64,000 nucleotides of DNA from NCBI GenBank assembly GCA_963666285.1, contig OY762711.1; one strand, written 5' to 3'. Shown piece by piece: positions 29,129 through 38,681 of the stretch. Numbering within the stretch: the first letter of the stretch is position 1; each line of letters starts with the position of its first letter. The position numbers and the translations under genes are program-made. A model generated the notes under the pieces. It had not been told where the DNA came from. It made no database searches and worked only from the letters and a program-made list of their open reading frames with translations. Source of the DNA: Sedimentisphaerales bacterium. Its GTDB lineage: Bacteria > Planctomycetota > Phycisphaerae > Sedimentisphaerales > SM23-30.

Positions 29129-31855
29129 TTGATGATTCTGGTAATTATCTTGCTGATACCTTTACCAAGCATTTTGGGGAAATCGGTAGACGGTAAGCCA
29201 GATGTCTGCGCGGCAGTGTTGAATGATTTTCCGCCGCTATATCAGCTGGATTCCAATAATGAGCCCGAAGGATTTGCAATAGATCTGCTGGAAGAAATAT
29301 CACGTCGCGAAGGTATTTCTATTTCGTACAAAAATGTAAATAACTGGGCTGAAGCTATCGATTTAATTCGTACAGGTGAAGCAGATATTATACCAGGTAT
29401 TGGAAAGTCAGAAGCCCGTCTGAGTGAATTTGCATTTACAGATGAAATGGAATCAATTCCAGTATCTTGTTTTGTTAAATATGGAAATAATGAAATAACT
29501 GGTAAAGAATCATTGAAAAAAAGCGGGGTAGTGACCGGTGTTATAGTTAAAAGTGCTGCCCAGACAGAACTGGAAGCTTTGGGGGGGGGTAATCTTAAAG
29601 TATTTGATAGTATTGATCCGGCATTAAACCAGCTGCTTTCGGGTGAGATAGATGCTTTTGTTTTTCCAGAGCCGATATTGCGTAAGAAGTTGTCTCAAAT
29701 GACAATTTCAGAAAAAGTGTTTGTTGCAGGAGAGCCATTGATGTTTTTACATCGTGGATATATGATGGCAGAAGAAAATAGTGAGCTTTTGTCATTATTC
29801 AATAATGCTTTGGATTCAATCATGAAAGAGCCGTTTTATGCAAACCTATATAGTAAATGGTATGGTTCTGAAAAAGAGTATAAAATGCCTCTTTGGATAT
29901 TGGTACTAATTGGCAGTTTGGCTTTTATTGTGTTGATTGTGATAGTGTTTAACTTAATGTTAAGGCGTCAGGTAAAGAAACAGACTGATGAAATTAAGGC
30001 AAATCATAAATTTGTAGATAATTTCTTAGAGGCTGCCGACTGTGTGGTATTGGTTCTCAATGAGGACTATGATATACAATATTGTAATTTGTATTCCCAG
30101 GAGTTGTTCGGTTACAGCAAAGCTGAAATGGAAGGTAAGAATTCCATAAAACTTCTTGTGCCGGAAATTGATACGAATGGGCAGCATACTCGAGAGCTTC
30201 TTGAAGAACGTTTAGGTCGTGGGGTTGTTGTTAGCCATATCAATCAAAATATTACAAAAGACGGACGGTTACTCTGGTTTGTCTGGACAAATAATGTAAT
30301 TTATAATTCTCATACGGGAAAGAATGAGATTGTTGCTATAGGTTTTAATATAACAGTTCAGAAGGAAGCAGAAGAAAAGCTTCGTCAGGCACAACAGGAA
30401 CTTGAGGTTATCCTGAATAATATGGCCGGTAGTGTGATATATCTGGATCGAGAGCTAAATATTATAAGAGTAAATAAAGAGACCGAGCGAATAATGGGTC
30501 TATCTCAAGATGAATTAATAGATAAAAAATGCTACAAAGTCATGTGTCATGCAGAAGAACCGTGTAATGATTGTTCTGCATTACAGGCTATAAAAACCGG
30601 TGTACGCAGCAGAAATGAAACATTTTTATTGCTAAACGGCAGAAATTATGATGTTATTTCCACCCCGATAAAAGATATCCATGATAATATTGTTGGAACT
30701 ATATCAATTTTGAGTGATGTTACACAGCGTAGAAAGCTGGAGACCAATCTGAAAAATGCTCATGAAGCTTTAGAAAGATATAGTAAAGCTTTGGAGCATA
30801 AAGTTCAGGCAGGTAATCTCAAGATGGAGAAGCAGGAAGAGAATTTAAAACAGGCTCAAAACCAATTAATCCAGGCTGAAAAAATGGCGTCTTTGGGCAG
30901 GCTTATTGCTGGTATTGGGCATGAAATTAATTCTCCGCTTGGTGCCATTCGTTCTTCTGGCGAAATTATACAACATGCTTTTGCGGAATTATCTGATTTA
31001 TTTGAAGTCCTGGTAAAATGGCTAAGCAGTGAACAAAAGGATATTTTTTATGAGATGCTGGAGAAGGTTAAATCTTGTAAGATGGTTGATTTATCGAGTA
31101 GGGAACGGCGAGACCGGCGTAATACTATTATGTCTGAATTAGAGAAATTAGGAGTTGAAAAATCATTTGAACTAGCACAGCGTCTTGTAGATATAGGATT
31201 GTTCGATTCTATTGACAGATACGAGGTGATTTTTAATCACCCTGATGTTGATAAGCGAATACAGATTATACAGAATTTATCTCAGGTACATAATGGAACT
31301 AATATAATAGAATGGGCAGTTGAAAGAGCACATAGTCTCATTTATGCGTTAAGGAATTATATTCATACAGGTTCACGGTCTGATATGGTTCCTGTAGATG
31401 TGAAAGACAGTATCTCCATGGTGCTTATGCTGTATCATAATCAGATTAAACATGGTGTGGAAGTAGATCTTGATTTAGGTGATTTACCTGATATAATGGG
31501 TTTTCCAGATGAGTTAAACCAGGTCTGGAGTAATCTAATTAGCAATGCCCTTCAGGCAATGGAATATCAAGGAAATTTGACAATAAAAGGTAGCGTAAAA
31601 GTAAATAATATAGTATTATCTTTTACAGATACAGGATGTGGAATTCCTGATGAAATTAAAGAAGCTATTTTTGAGCCTATGTTTACAACTAAACCTGCGG
31701 GTGAAGGAACTGGAATAGGCCTTGATATAGTAAGTAAAATAGTCAAAAAACATAATGGTGTAATATCAGTTGAGAGTAAGCCGGGTGAAGGTGCAGTATT
31801 TATTGTAAGTCTGCCAGTAAGCCAGGAAATTTCCGAGACAGGAGGTGCAGTTTGA
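29129..31855 (+). CDS. Sensor histidine kinase: periplasmic solute-binding (family 3) domain, TM, PAS, PAS, HisKA, HATPase
   Basis: DFPPLY..GFAIDLL..LYSKWYG solute-binding domain; TM; GIGHEINSPL; LNQVWSNL; DTGCGI; GTGIGL. Start is uncertain: the frame is open from 29099, with a possible CTG start at 29108 after GAGG. Confidence 0.88.
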   Translation: MMILVIILLIPLPSILGKSVDGKPDVCAAVLNDFPPLYQLDSNNEPEGFAIDLLEEISRREGISISYKNVNNWAEAIDLIRTGEADIIPGIGKSEARLSEFAFTDEMESIPVSCFVKYGNNEITGKESLKKSGVVTGVIVKSAAQTELEALGGGNLKVFDSIDPALNQLLSGEIDAFVFPEPILRKKLSQMTISEKVFVAGEPLMFLHRGYMMAEENSELLSLFNNALDSIMKEPFYANLYSKWYGSEKEYKMPLWILVLIGSLAFIVLIVIVFNLMLRRQVKKQTDEIKANHKFVDNFLEAADCVVLVLNEDYDIQYCNLYSQELFGYSKAEMEGKNSIKLLVPEIDTNGQHTRELLEERLGRGVVVSHINQNITKDGRLLWFVWTNNVIYNSHTGKNEIVAIGFNITVQKEAEEKLRQAQQELEVILNNMAGSVIYLDRELNIIRVNKETERIMGLSQDELIDKKCYKVMCHAEEPCNDCSALQAIKTGVRSRNETFLLLNGRNYDVISTPIKDIHDNIVGTISILSDVTQRRKLETNLKNAHEALERYSKALEHKVQAGNLKMEKQEENLKQAQNQLIQAEKMASLGRLIAGIGHEINSPLGAIRSSGEIIQHAFAELSDLFEVLVKWLSSEQKDIFYEMLEKVKSCKMVDLSSRERRDRRNTIMSELEKLGVEKSFELAQRLVDIGLFDSIDRYEVIFNHPDVDKRIQIIQNLSQVHNGTNIIEWAVERAHSLIYALRNYIHTGSRSDMVPVDVKDSISMVLMLYHNQIKHGVEVDLDLGDLPDIMGFPDELNQVWSNLISNALQAMEYQGNLTIKGSVKVNNIVLSFTDTGCGIPDEIKEAIFEPMFTTKPAGEGTGIGLDIVSKIVKKHNGVISVESKPGEGAVFIVSLPVSQEISETGGAV

Positions 31856-32274
31856 GTGCAGAAAAAAAGACTGCTATTTTATGTGTAGATGATGAGCGAA
31901 TGATCCTTCAATCCTTGGAATTACAACTATCAGAGCACTTTCGTCCCCATCATTTGCTTGAATTTGCTGAAAGTGCCGAGGAAGGCCTTGAAATACTTGA
32001 TGGCCTGCATGATTGTGGAGTAAAAGTGCTTGCGATAGTATCTGATTGGCTTATGCCTGGTATGAAGGGTGATGAATTCCTGATTGCTGCGCATAAAAAA
32101 TTTCCATATATCATAAAGATATTATTAACGGGTTTTGCAGATGAAAAGGCCTTAGAAAAGGTTAAGAAGGAAGCTGATCTCTATACTTGTATACGCAAAC
32201 CGTGGACCAGTGAAGAGCTAATTAAAGTTTTAGATACAGCGTTAGGTGCTTTTGATATTCCTGAAGAATTATAA
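31852..32274 (+). CDS. Single-domain response regulator
   Basis: LCVDDE, VSDWLMP, LLTG, KPW; TTG start overlaps the kinase TGA stop; GGAGG RBS. Confidence 0.88.
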   Translation: MSAEKKTAILCVDDERMILQSLELQLSEHFRPHHLLEFAESAEEGLEILDGLHDCGVKVLAIVSDWLMPGMKGDEFLIAAHKKFPYIIKILLTGFADEKALEKVKKEADLYTCIRKPWTSEELIKVLDTALGAFDIPEEL

Positions 32275-32355
32275 AAATACACATTATTTTTAATGTATGT
32301 GTTTTGCTATTTCTTTTGTTGATTCTGAATATTTGAGATTACTATTTTTTGCATG

Positions 32356-34338
32356 CTAGTCTATAAGGTTTTTTAACCACAATTCCCTAGGGGTTTTGTT
32401 TGAGTTGTTGGAGGTTTGTTCCGGTAAGGGCATGATATATTTTTCTTCCAGGTTAGTAATATCCTGATGGTAAGAGAAAATCATGCAGCCTACTTCTTTA
32501 CCAGATGAATAAAATTTTATAGATCGTATTATATCGTTGTATCTATCAATATCAAATACCAGGTAAGACAGGTTGTTTTCCGGGAAAGGTAGAATTCTCA
32601 CTATAGCATCAGTATCACTTTCGCTTACAATTTCAAAAGGTATTTTGTATCTGGCTGCATCTCTGCAAACAGAGTCTACAAATGCAAATCCCGTCCAGGG
32701 GCGTGGTAAGCAGGTAAAAAGCGAATTATCTTGATAATACCGGTAATTTCCATCTGTTGAAATACTGGCCGGTGCGTTTTCGTAATCAATATATATATCT
32801 TTGCCGATTTCCAGGTAAAAATATGGTTTATAATTATTGTATTTATTATACACGAATGGTAAGCGGCCAAAACCAGCTAGAGTTTTATTGTTGATGCTCC
32901 CTTTTATGTCGAAGTAAGTCCATCCTCTTTTATGCATCAGGTCGCGTTGGTCGATAATTTTTTCCGGTTTTTGAGGCCAATCGGTGGTTAAGCTGTTAAT
33001 GTCCAGGGTATTGTAGTTATATTCAAATATGAGATTATTGTAATCTTTTGTACGATTATCAATAGTGGAATTTACCACTCTGCTAAAGAACCCCCGGTTG
33101 TATTTCAGCCTGCTGTCTGTACCAATTTGCTCATAAATGAAATCCATCATTGCAGGTGGGTCGGTGGGTAGAATGAGCATTCTAAGCGGATCATTTGTTA
33201 TATACATCTGTTTTGATCCGGATTCATAATAATAGTTTGCGTTACCATCCTGCAGCCACCTGCAGAGCCGGCTTTTTTCAGGCATGCCAATTCTGAACAT
33301 GAATCTTAGTATTGGCCCATCAGGTCCTTCAGGCATAAATATTTTCTGTTCGTAGAAGCCTTTACAACCGTATTCCCATGAACTTTTAAGGCGGCTTTTT
33401 GAAAGGCTGAGTGAGTTATTGTATATGTTCTGATTGTGTTTATTTTCAAGTCGATATAGTCCCTGAACATTGTAGTGGACACTGGTAACATTGTTGCGAC
33501 TATTAAAGTAGAAAGCCGAGATTATGCCGCTTGTAAAGATAAGTAAGGCAACAATTGCTGATTTAACAGGGTTTGCTGTGGCTGAACAGAATATTTTGAT
33601 GGCAGGTCCAGAGATAATCGAAGCGGATTTGGCAGCAGCCAATGAAGTACCCGTAACAGAAACTGCGGAAGCGGCAGCTTCGGAATGGGCAGTAATTTTG
33701 CCAAAAAAAGTTAATGCAAGGGCAAGAGAAGCTTTACTGAAACCTTGCTTTTTAAGTGACAGGCGAATTTTTTCCAGTCCTCTATGAAAATCTACTCGTG
33801 CGCTTACCTCGCTAATATTCAAGATTGTGCCGATTTCTCTAAAAGACATGTCTTCAAAACATCTAAGTGATATTGTCTGGCGTTGGCGGGGTTTAAGCAT
33901 TGATACGGCCTGCCTGATCGTATCGCTAAGTTCTCTTGTCATAAGTCTGGCTTCAGGCGAGGAATCGTCCGACGCAGCTTTTTCGATCATGATGTCCTGA
34001 AATGATACCAGTTTTTTTCGACGGGCATTCTGGCGGTAATGGTCAATAATGCAGTTAGAAGCGATTTTGAAGATCCAACCCCAAAAAGCTTCCGGTTTTT
34101 TCAGGCTTCCGATTTTATCGATCATAATGAGCATGGTTTCCTGGAGGATGTCGTCTGTAAGGTTGTCATCCAGTGTGCTGCGATAGATATAGGATCGAAG
34201 TTTTAATGATATTTTGGAGGAAAGTTCTCTTTGACTGCTTAAGTTGCCTTCAATGGCTTCCAAGATAATAATATTAAGATAATTTTGCTCAGCCTTGCTG
34301 TCTGGGCCTACCGTACTGTTGTTGTGTTCTGGACTCAT
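32356..34338 (-). CDS. ECF sigma factor with C-terminal transmembrane and extracytoplasmic extension (planctomycete ECF57-like)
   Basis: Sigma2 DDILQET..FWGWIFKIASN; sigma4 LKPRQRQTISLR..MSFREIG; then Ala-rich hydrophobic segments and a ~380-aa C-terminal domain. Confidence 0.85.
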   Translation of the reverse strand: MSPEHNNSTVGPDSKAEQNYLNIIILEAIEGNLSSQRELSSKISLKLRSYIYRSTLDDNLTDDILQETMLIMIDKIGSLKKPEAFWGWIFKIASNCIIDHYRQNARRKKLVSFQDIMIEKAASDDSSPEARLMTRELSDTIRQAVSMLKPRQRQTISLRCFEDMSFREIGTILNISEVSARVDFHRGLEKIRLSLKKQGFSKASLALALTFFGKITAHSEAAASAVSVTGTSLAAAKSASIISGPAIKIFCSATANPVKSAIVALLIFTSGIISAFYFNSRNNVTSVHYNVQGLYRLENKHNQNIYNNSLSLSKSRLKSSWEYGCKGFYEQKIFMPEGPDGPILRFMFRIGMPEKSRLCRWLQDGNANYYYESGSKQMYITNDPLRMLILPTDPPAMMDFIYEQIGTDSRLKYNRGFFSRVVNSTIDNRTKDYNNLIFEYNYNTLDINSLTTDWPQKPEKIIDQRDLMHKRGWTYFDIKGSINNKTLAGFGRLPFVYNKYNNYKPYFYLEIGKDIYIDYENAPASISTDGNYRYYQDNSLFTCLPRPWTGFAFVDSVCRDAARYKIPFEIVSESDTDAIVRILPFPENNLSYLVFDIDRYNDIIRSIKFYSSGKEVGCMIFSYHQDITNLEEKYIMPLPEQTSNNSNKTPRELWLKNLID

Positions 34339-34467
34339 TATATTGTATTAGTCTTATAATAAAAATTAGTAACCATAAAGTTCTATTAAACAATAGCTTA
34401 CGCGAACAATCAAGCTTTTTTCTGAAGTTTGGCCAATGATAAAATGTTATTTGTTAGATATAACAAC

Positions 34468-34494
34468 AGACGATGCGTAGAACTATTTGTTACA
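34468..34494 (-). promoter_or_regulatory. Candidate autoregulatory ECF promoter
   Basis: Minus strand TGTAAC-N16-CGTCT, ~130 nt upstream of the ECF start, preceded by an A/T-rich UP-like tract. Confidence 0.6.
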
Positions 34495-34590
34495 TTAATA
34501 ATTATTTTTTCATGAAACCTGATAGAATTTAATACTTGTTGTGAATGTATGTAACATATTTAGGTTTGGCTTGTATTTAGAAGTGTCTAA

Positions 34591-34799
34591 TAGTACGCTT
34601 TCGTACTTTTGACTGTTCAACGTTATCCGCAAAGGTCAGAACAGGGCCAATTAAGTGAAAAACGAATAATGAAAAGATAATTAAGGTGTTCGACTATCGT
34701 CTCACGCTTTGTTAAAACATAAACGTTGCAGGAAGGCCTTTTAGTCGAATTACCAAAGGCACTTCGTTATTGCAACTTGAAAAGTGCGAAAGTAAACTA
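34591..34799 (+). ncRNA. Candidate ~200-nt structured RNA, family unassigned
   Basis: Terminal stem 34591-34610 / 34780-34799 (18/20 pairs including G-U); inner stems TTCGACTA/TAGTCGAA, AATAATGAA/TTCGTTATT and CTGTTC/GAACAG. Confidence 0.4.
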
Positions 34800-34806
34800 A
34801 TATAAT
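34777..34806 (+). promoter_or_regulatory. Sigma70-type promoter
   Basis: TTGAAA-N18-TATAAT upstream of the 34857 gene. Confidence 0.4.
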
Positions 34807-34856
34807 ATATGATATTATGTGAAACAATTGATCGAACAGGGAAAGGATATTTAACA

Positions 34857-35339
34857 GTGCGTTATATGATGAAGCAAAAAATTTGGGCAATGGGTAATGA
34901 CTTTACAATAAAGAATGAGAATAATGAGTCAGTATATCTTATTGACGGCAAGGCTTTTTCTTTTGGGGATAAGCTCAGTTTTCAGGATTCACAGGGTAAT
35001 GAGCTGGCATATATTTCACAGAAACTTTTGAGTTTTAAAAAATGTTATGAGATATATAACGATGGTGAGTTGTTTGCTGAAGTAAGAAAAGATTTTACAT
35101 TATTCAGAGATAAATATACTGTGGACATACCCGGGCCAAACGATTATGAAGTCAGAGGTGACTTTTTTGATCATGAATACAGCTTTTATCGTAAAGGGAT
35201 AGAAGTGGCAATGGTTTCCAAAAGCTATTTTACCTGGTCTGATGTCTTTGGGATTGATATTATAGAAGGTGAAGATGATGTGCTTATTTTAGCTGCAGCA
35301 GTTGTGATAGATCTGGTTAATGATGATAAGGAGTATTGA
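34857..35339 (+). CDS. LURP-one-related / scramblase-like (YxjI-type) protein
   Basis: MKQKIWAMGNDFTIK, IDGKAFSFG, GDFFDHEY, LILAAAVVID; GTG start after AAGGA. Confidence 0.85.
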   Translation: MRYMMKQKIWAMGNDFTIKNENNESVYLIDGKAFSFGDKLSFQDSQGNELAYISQKLLSFKKCYEIYNDGELFAEVRKDFTLFRDKYTVDIPGPNDYEVRGDFFDHEYSFYRKGIEVAMVSKSYFTWSDVFGIDIIEGEDDVLILAAAVVIDLVNDDKEY

Positions 35340-35428
35340 GTCTGGAAAAGGTGATACATATTTTTGCATTAGCTTAGCAAAGTTTGCTATAAGAACTGGT
35401 AATTAACGACAAACAACAGGAGTATAAT

Positions 35429-35857
35429 ATGACTGACATAAAGAAAAAAGTAATAGAGATGCTGAGAATACCTCAGTTATCATCACTGGCTACAATTACT
35501 TTGGACGGTTTACCTTGGACAAGATATGTTATGATCCAGGCGGATGATGATTTTAATATACGTTCAGCAGTATGCCTGGATTCGAGAAAAGTTGAGCAGG
35601 TAGGGAAGAACCCGGAAGTTCATATTACTTTTGGTATTAATGATCCACAAAAGGATATGGGCAGGCCGTATGTTCAGATCCAGGGCAGGGCACGGATAGT
35701 AAATGATCAGTTAGAAAAAAATGCATACTGGTTTGAAATGCTGTCAATGGTATTTAAAGGGCCGGAAGATCCGAATTATGCAGTCATGATAGTAGAGCCT
35801 TACCGGGTAGAATTTAATAATCCTGGAGAAATGGTTCCAGAAATATGGGAAAAATAG
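35429..35857 (+). CDS. Pyridoxamine 5'-phosphate oxidase-like FMN-binding protein (general stress protein 26 family)
   Basis: LATITLDGLPWTRYV, SRKVEQV..NPEV, YVQIQGRA, FKGPEDPNY. Confidence 0.85.
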   Translation: MTDIKKKVIEMLRIPQLSSLATITLDGLPWTRYVMIQADDDFNIRSAVCLDSRKVEQVGKNPEVHITFGINDPQKDMGRPYVQIQGRARIVNDQLEKNAYWFEMLSMVFKGPEDPNYAVMIVEPYRVEFNNPGEMVPEIWEK

Positions 35858-35940
35858 TTCTCGCAAGCTTAATATGATACTGTACAGAATTATAATAAAC
35901 TCAATTAGAGCTGGTGAGTTTTATACGTAACAAGAAATAA

Positions 35941-36540
35941 TTATTTACTAAAAACAATATTTCTAGGGACAGCAGCAATTGACATATTCTTTGTTATGCC
36001 GGATTGAGAAACAGCAAAGTTTAACGATACTTTTGTTACCGTGCCGCTTGGAAAGCCGTCTGCCAAAGGAGGGTAGCTCAGGCTGAAGATGTCAATAGCA
36101 GGATCTATGGGGATGACATTTTCCAATAAAATTGCAGGAGTACCAGAGTCAATTTGAATTGTTAGTTTCTGTTCGTTTGCATTATACTGGTAGACAATAT
36201 CTCTTGCATCTGCATCTGTCAGGCTCAGAGAATTGCCATCAGTAGATACAGTAATAAGAGCTATGTCCGGATCATTATATGCTGATCGTATAATTGAACT
36301 AAACTGATGGCTAAAGTTTCTGTGTAATGTGTTTATTGTATTAATATTTGTATTGGTGTCATAATTTTTAAATGCAGCATCAAAGGCGGCACCTGTAGCT
36401 ACAAACAATATCGTCATTATAGCCATAGTAATAAGGATTTCGATAAGAGTGAAACCTGAATTTTTTCTGCGGCTATTAGTTGATGATTTGCCTGTGATAT
36501 ATGTTTGCCTAAAACTAATATTGTGTAATTTATTTTGCAT
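35941..36540 (-). CDS. Minor pilin / pseudopilin with prepilin cleavage motif
   Basis: RRKNSG|FTLIEILIT type III signal. Confidence 0.85.
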   Translation of the reverse strand: MQNKLHNISFRQTYITGKSSTNSRRKNSGFTLIEILITMAIMTILFVATGAAFDAAFKNYDTNTNINTINTLHRNFSHQFSSIIRSAYNDPDIALITVSTDGNSLSLTDADARDIVYQYNANEQKLTIQIDSGTPAILLENVIPIDPAIDIFSLSYPPLADGFPSGTVTKVSLNFAVSQSGITKNMSIAAVPRNIVFSK

Positions 36541-36567
36541 GATTATACCTGTTGTTTAAATATGATA

Positions 36568-38157
36568 TTACAGTTCCACGTAACTGTTGGGGTTAGGTTC
36601 AAATACTATTGGTGTTGTAACTCCACTTGGCAGCATGGCATCCGGATCAGGTGTTATATTAATAGTTCCGATATCGCCAGGCTCGGTCGATTCGCTACCA
36701 CCATCATCCAAAGTAACTCCAATATTTGTTACATAACCACTGGTCCAATTGGTAGTGTCACACATTGAGATGATTGTACCATATACATTAGCGTTACCAC
36801 GTACGTCAACAATACCTCCGACAATAGCGCCGGTAAGTGTATTTTCGTCACCAGCTATTGGATTTGCGTTACCAAGGTTAACGTTAAAGTGTGGTGCAAG
36901 AATTTTTGTAGGGTCTTCTCCGTCTTCACAGTTAAAAGTTGCACTTCCTGTAAAATAGAGACAGTTTTCTTTCCATTTGAGATATTGAGGGACGTCAGTT
37001 ACTATTGCCCCGTTAAAAGTGCAGTCTTCAAAACGTATATTATTGTAGTAGGTGCTAGCAGATTTATAACAGTCGATGTATAATGTTTCATCAAAAGTGC
37101 AGTTAATAAATAATGCATTGTAATTATCCGGAACACGAACATTTGTAAAATTCTGGTTGCGATATACTTTGCGATACAGTTTTCTAGACGAGCTGGAGCT
37201 TGGATAGCTGTAAGTACCGGCAGAATGTGGGAAGTATTCAACTTTGGTCTCTGAACTACTGGGCAGACTGGTAAGCCCGGTATTATATTCATCGGTGTTG
37301 TAGTCGGAAATATCCATGCCAGGAACACTAGACTGCATACCGTAATTAATACCCTGATGGCTTCCCTGTATTTCATCACTATAGCTGACTACAGGATTTC
37401 CGTCAGAATCGTAAATAATATCTCCGTTAGAGTCGAGAGTTTCCATTTGCCAGCTGGAATTCATAACCTGCTGTTTGGTAAACACGGTATTTATTGTACC
37501 ATTTACAGTAGAGTCGCTGGTGACATTGAATGGCGAACAGGCGATATTGTCCCAGGCGCTGTAAAGATCGCCGTCGATAGTGGAATCGCCGGTAAGCCAG
37601 ATACGGCCACGGCTGGCAATGGCATATTCGAGTACATCAGCACTTTTGCATATGTCAAAAGCAATCATTATTTTGCGTGAGATACTATCGGCATTTCCTT
37701 CAGAAGTTACAATTATCTTACGCTCGGTTTCTGTCGAATCTGAAAGATTGCAAATAAGATTGAAGGTTGAGTTAATATCGTTTGACAATTGAATGTCAGG
37801 AATAATGATTTGGTCGCTGGTAATGACTAAGTTTCCCGTCATTACTGTAGAATTATTGAGTATCGCAGCGATATGACTGGAAAGAGAGCTGAAAGCTGTT
37901 ACGGAGTCGTCATAGGTAACATAGTTTTTGTCAGTATAGCATGTACTCGGTGGAGTCCAGCCATTGATAAGCCTGCGGAAAAATTGAAGTCCGTTTTCAG
38001 CTGATACTTGAGCAATTGACATTGCCTGGTGGTTTTCTGACATTTCCTTATTCATACTTGTTGCGCTGATAAACGTAACGGCAAGGGCCGAAAATGTGAT
38101 CAGAAAGAATAAGGCCATTATTGAAACGAAAGCTTTTTTGTTATTTGTTTTTTTCAT
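36568..38157 (-). CDS. PilX-like minor pilin with a large C-terminal domain
   Basis: KKA|FVSIMAL (no Glu5); AQVSAENGL; IVTSEG; C-terminal beta-helix-like G-x-I repeats. Confidence 0.7.
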   Translation of the reverse strand: MKKTNNKKAFVSIMALFFLITFSALAVTFISATSMNKEMSENHQAMSIAQVSAENGLQFFRRLINGWTPPSTCYTDKNYVTYDDSVTAFSSLSSHIAAILNNSTVMTGNLVITSDQIIIPDIQLSNDINSTFNLICNLSDSTETERKIIVTSEGNADSISRKIMIAFDICKSADVLEYAIASRGRIWLTGDSTIDGDLYSAWDNIACSPFNVTSDSTVNGTINTVFTKQQVMNSSWQMETLDSNGDIIYDSDGNPVVSYSDEIQGSHQGINYGMQSSVPGMDISDYNTDEYNTGLTSLPSSSETKVEYFPHSAGTYSYPSSSSSRKLYRKVYRNQNFTNVRVPDNYNALFINCTFDETLYIDCYKSASTYYNNIRFEDCTFNGAIVTDVPQYLKWKENCLYFTGSATFNCEDGEDPTKILAPHFNVNLGNANPIAGDENTLTGAIVGGIVDVRGNANVYGTIISMCDTTNWTSGYVTNIGVTLDDGGSESTEPGDIGTINITPDPDAMLPSGVTTPIVFEPNPNSYVEL

Positions 38158-38252
38158 AATTTCACCAGTAAATAAAATGTTAATAATGTCTGCCTCTGGT
38201 GATTAAAATCTACTTTTGAATAAGTAGAACAACTTTAATTATATAATCATAA

Positions 38253-38675
38253 CTACGGTGCAGTTTTGAGCCATTTGTTAGTTACCATTGTCTGACCGTT
38301 ATTTGTAACCGTAACAGTTACAAGGTAAGCTTCAGGTGGATCGCTTGATGAAGCAGCCATATTTGGCATACTAACCTGTTGGACGGAGATTGCCTGGGTG
38401 AAAGCTTCCATGCCGGGTATCGGGTTATAATCACTATCTACCCCGGTTAGCGAGATACTGTCAAGGTCAGAGAGGTCATTGAATGCTGTCTGGTCGATAA
38501 TAGTACCTATCTGTTCAGCAAGAAAAACCGCATCTGACAGTTCTCCGCCATATTCATTAACACTGGTTCCGGCAGCCATAGAGAACATAAGTCCGGTAAT
38601 GCCCAGGCCTACAATGCTGATAGCAATAACCATTTCGACAAGTGTGAAGGCTTTTTTGTTATTTCTTTTTTTCAT
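38253..38675 (-). CDS. Minor pilin (PilV-like)
   Basis: KKA|FTLVEMVIA; AVFLAEQ; VTVTV C-terminus. Confidence 0.8.
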   Translation of the reverse strand: MKKRNNKKAFTLVEMVIAISIVGLGITGLMFSMAAGTSVNEYGGELSDAVFLAEQIGTIIDQTAFNDLSDLDSISLTGVDSDYNPIPGMEAFTQAISVQQVSMPNMAASSSDPPEAYLVTVTVTNNGQTMVTNKWLKTAP

Positions 38676-38681
38676 GTTTTT

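Noticed and set aside
34625..34650. CGCAAAG...CAGGGCC resembling part of a c-di-GMP-I riboswitch
   Set aside because: The upstream GGCAAAC / GAAA-tetraloop stem is absent.
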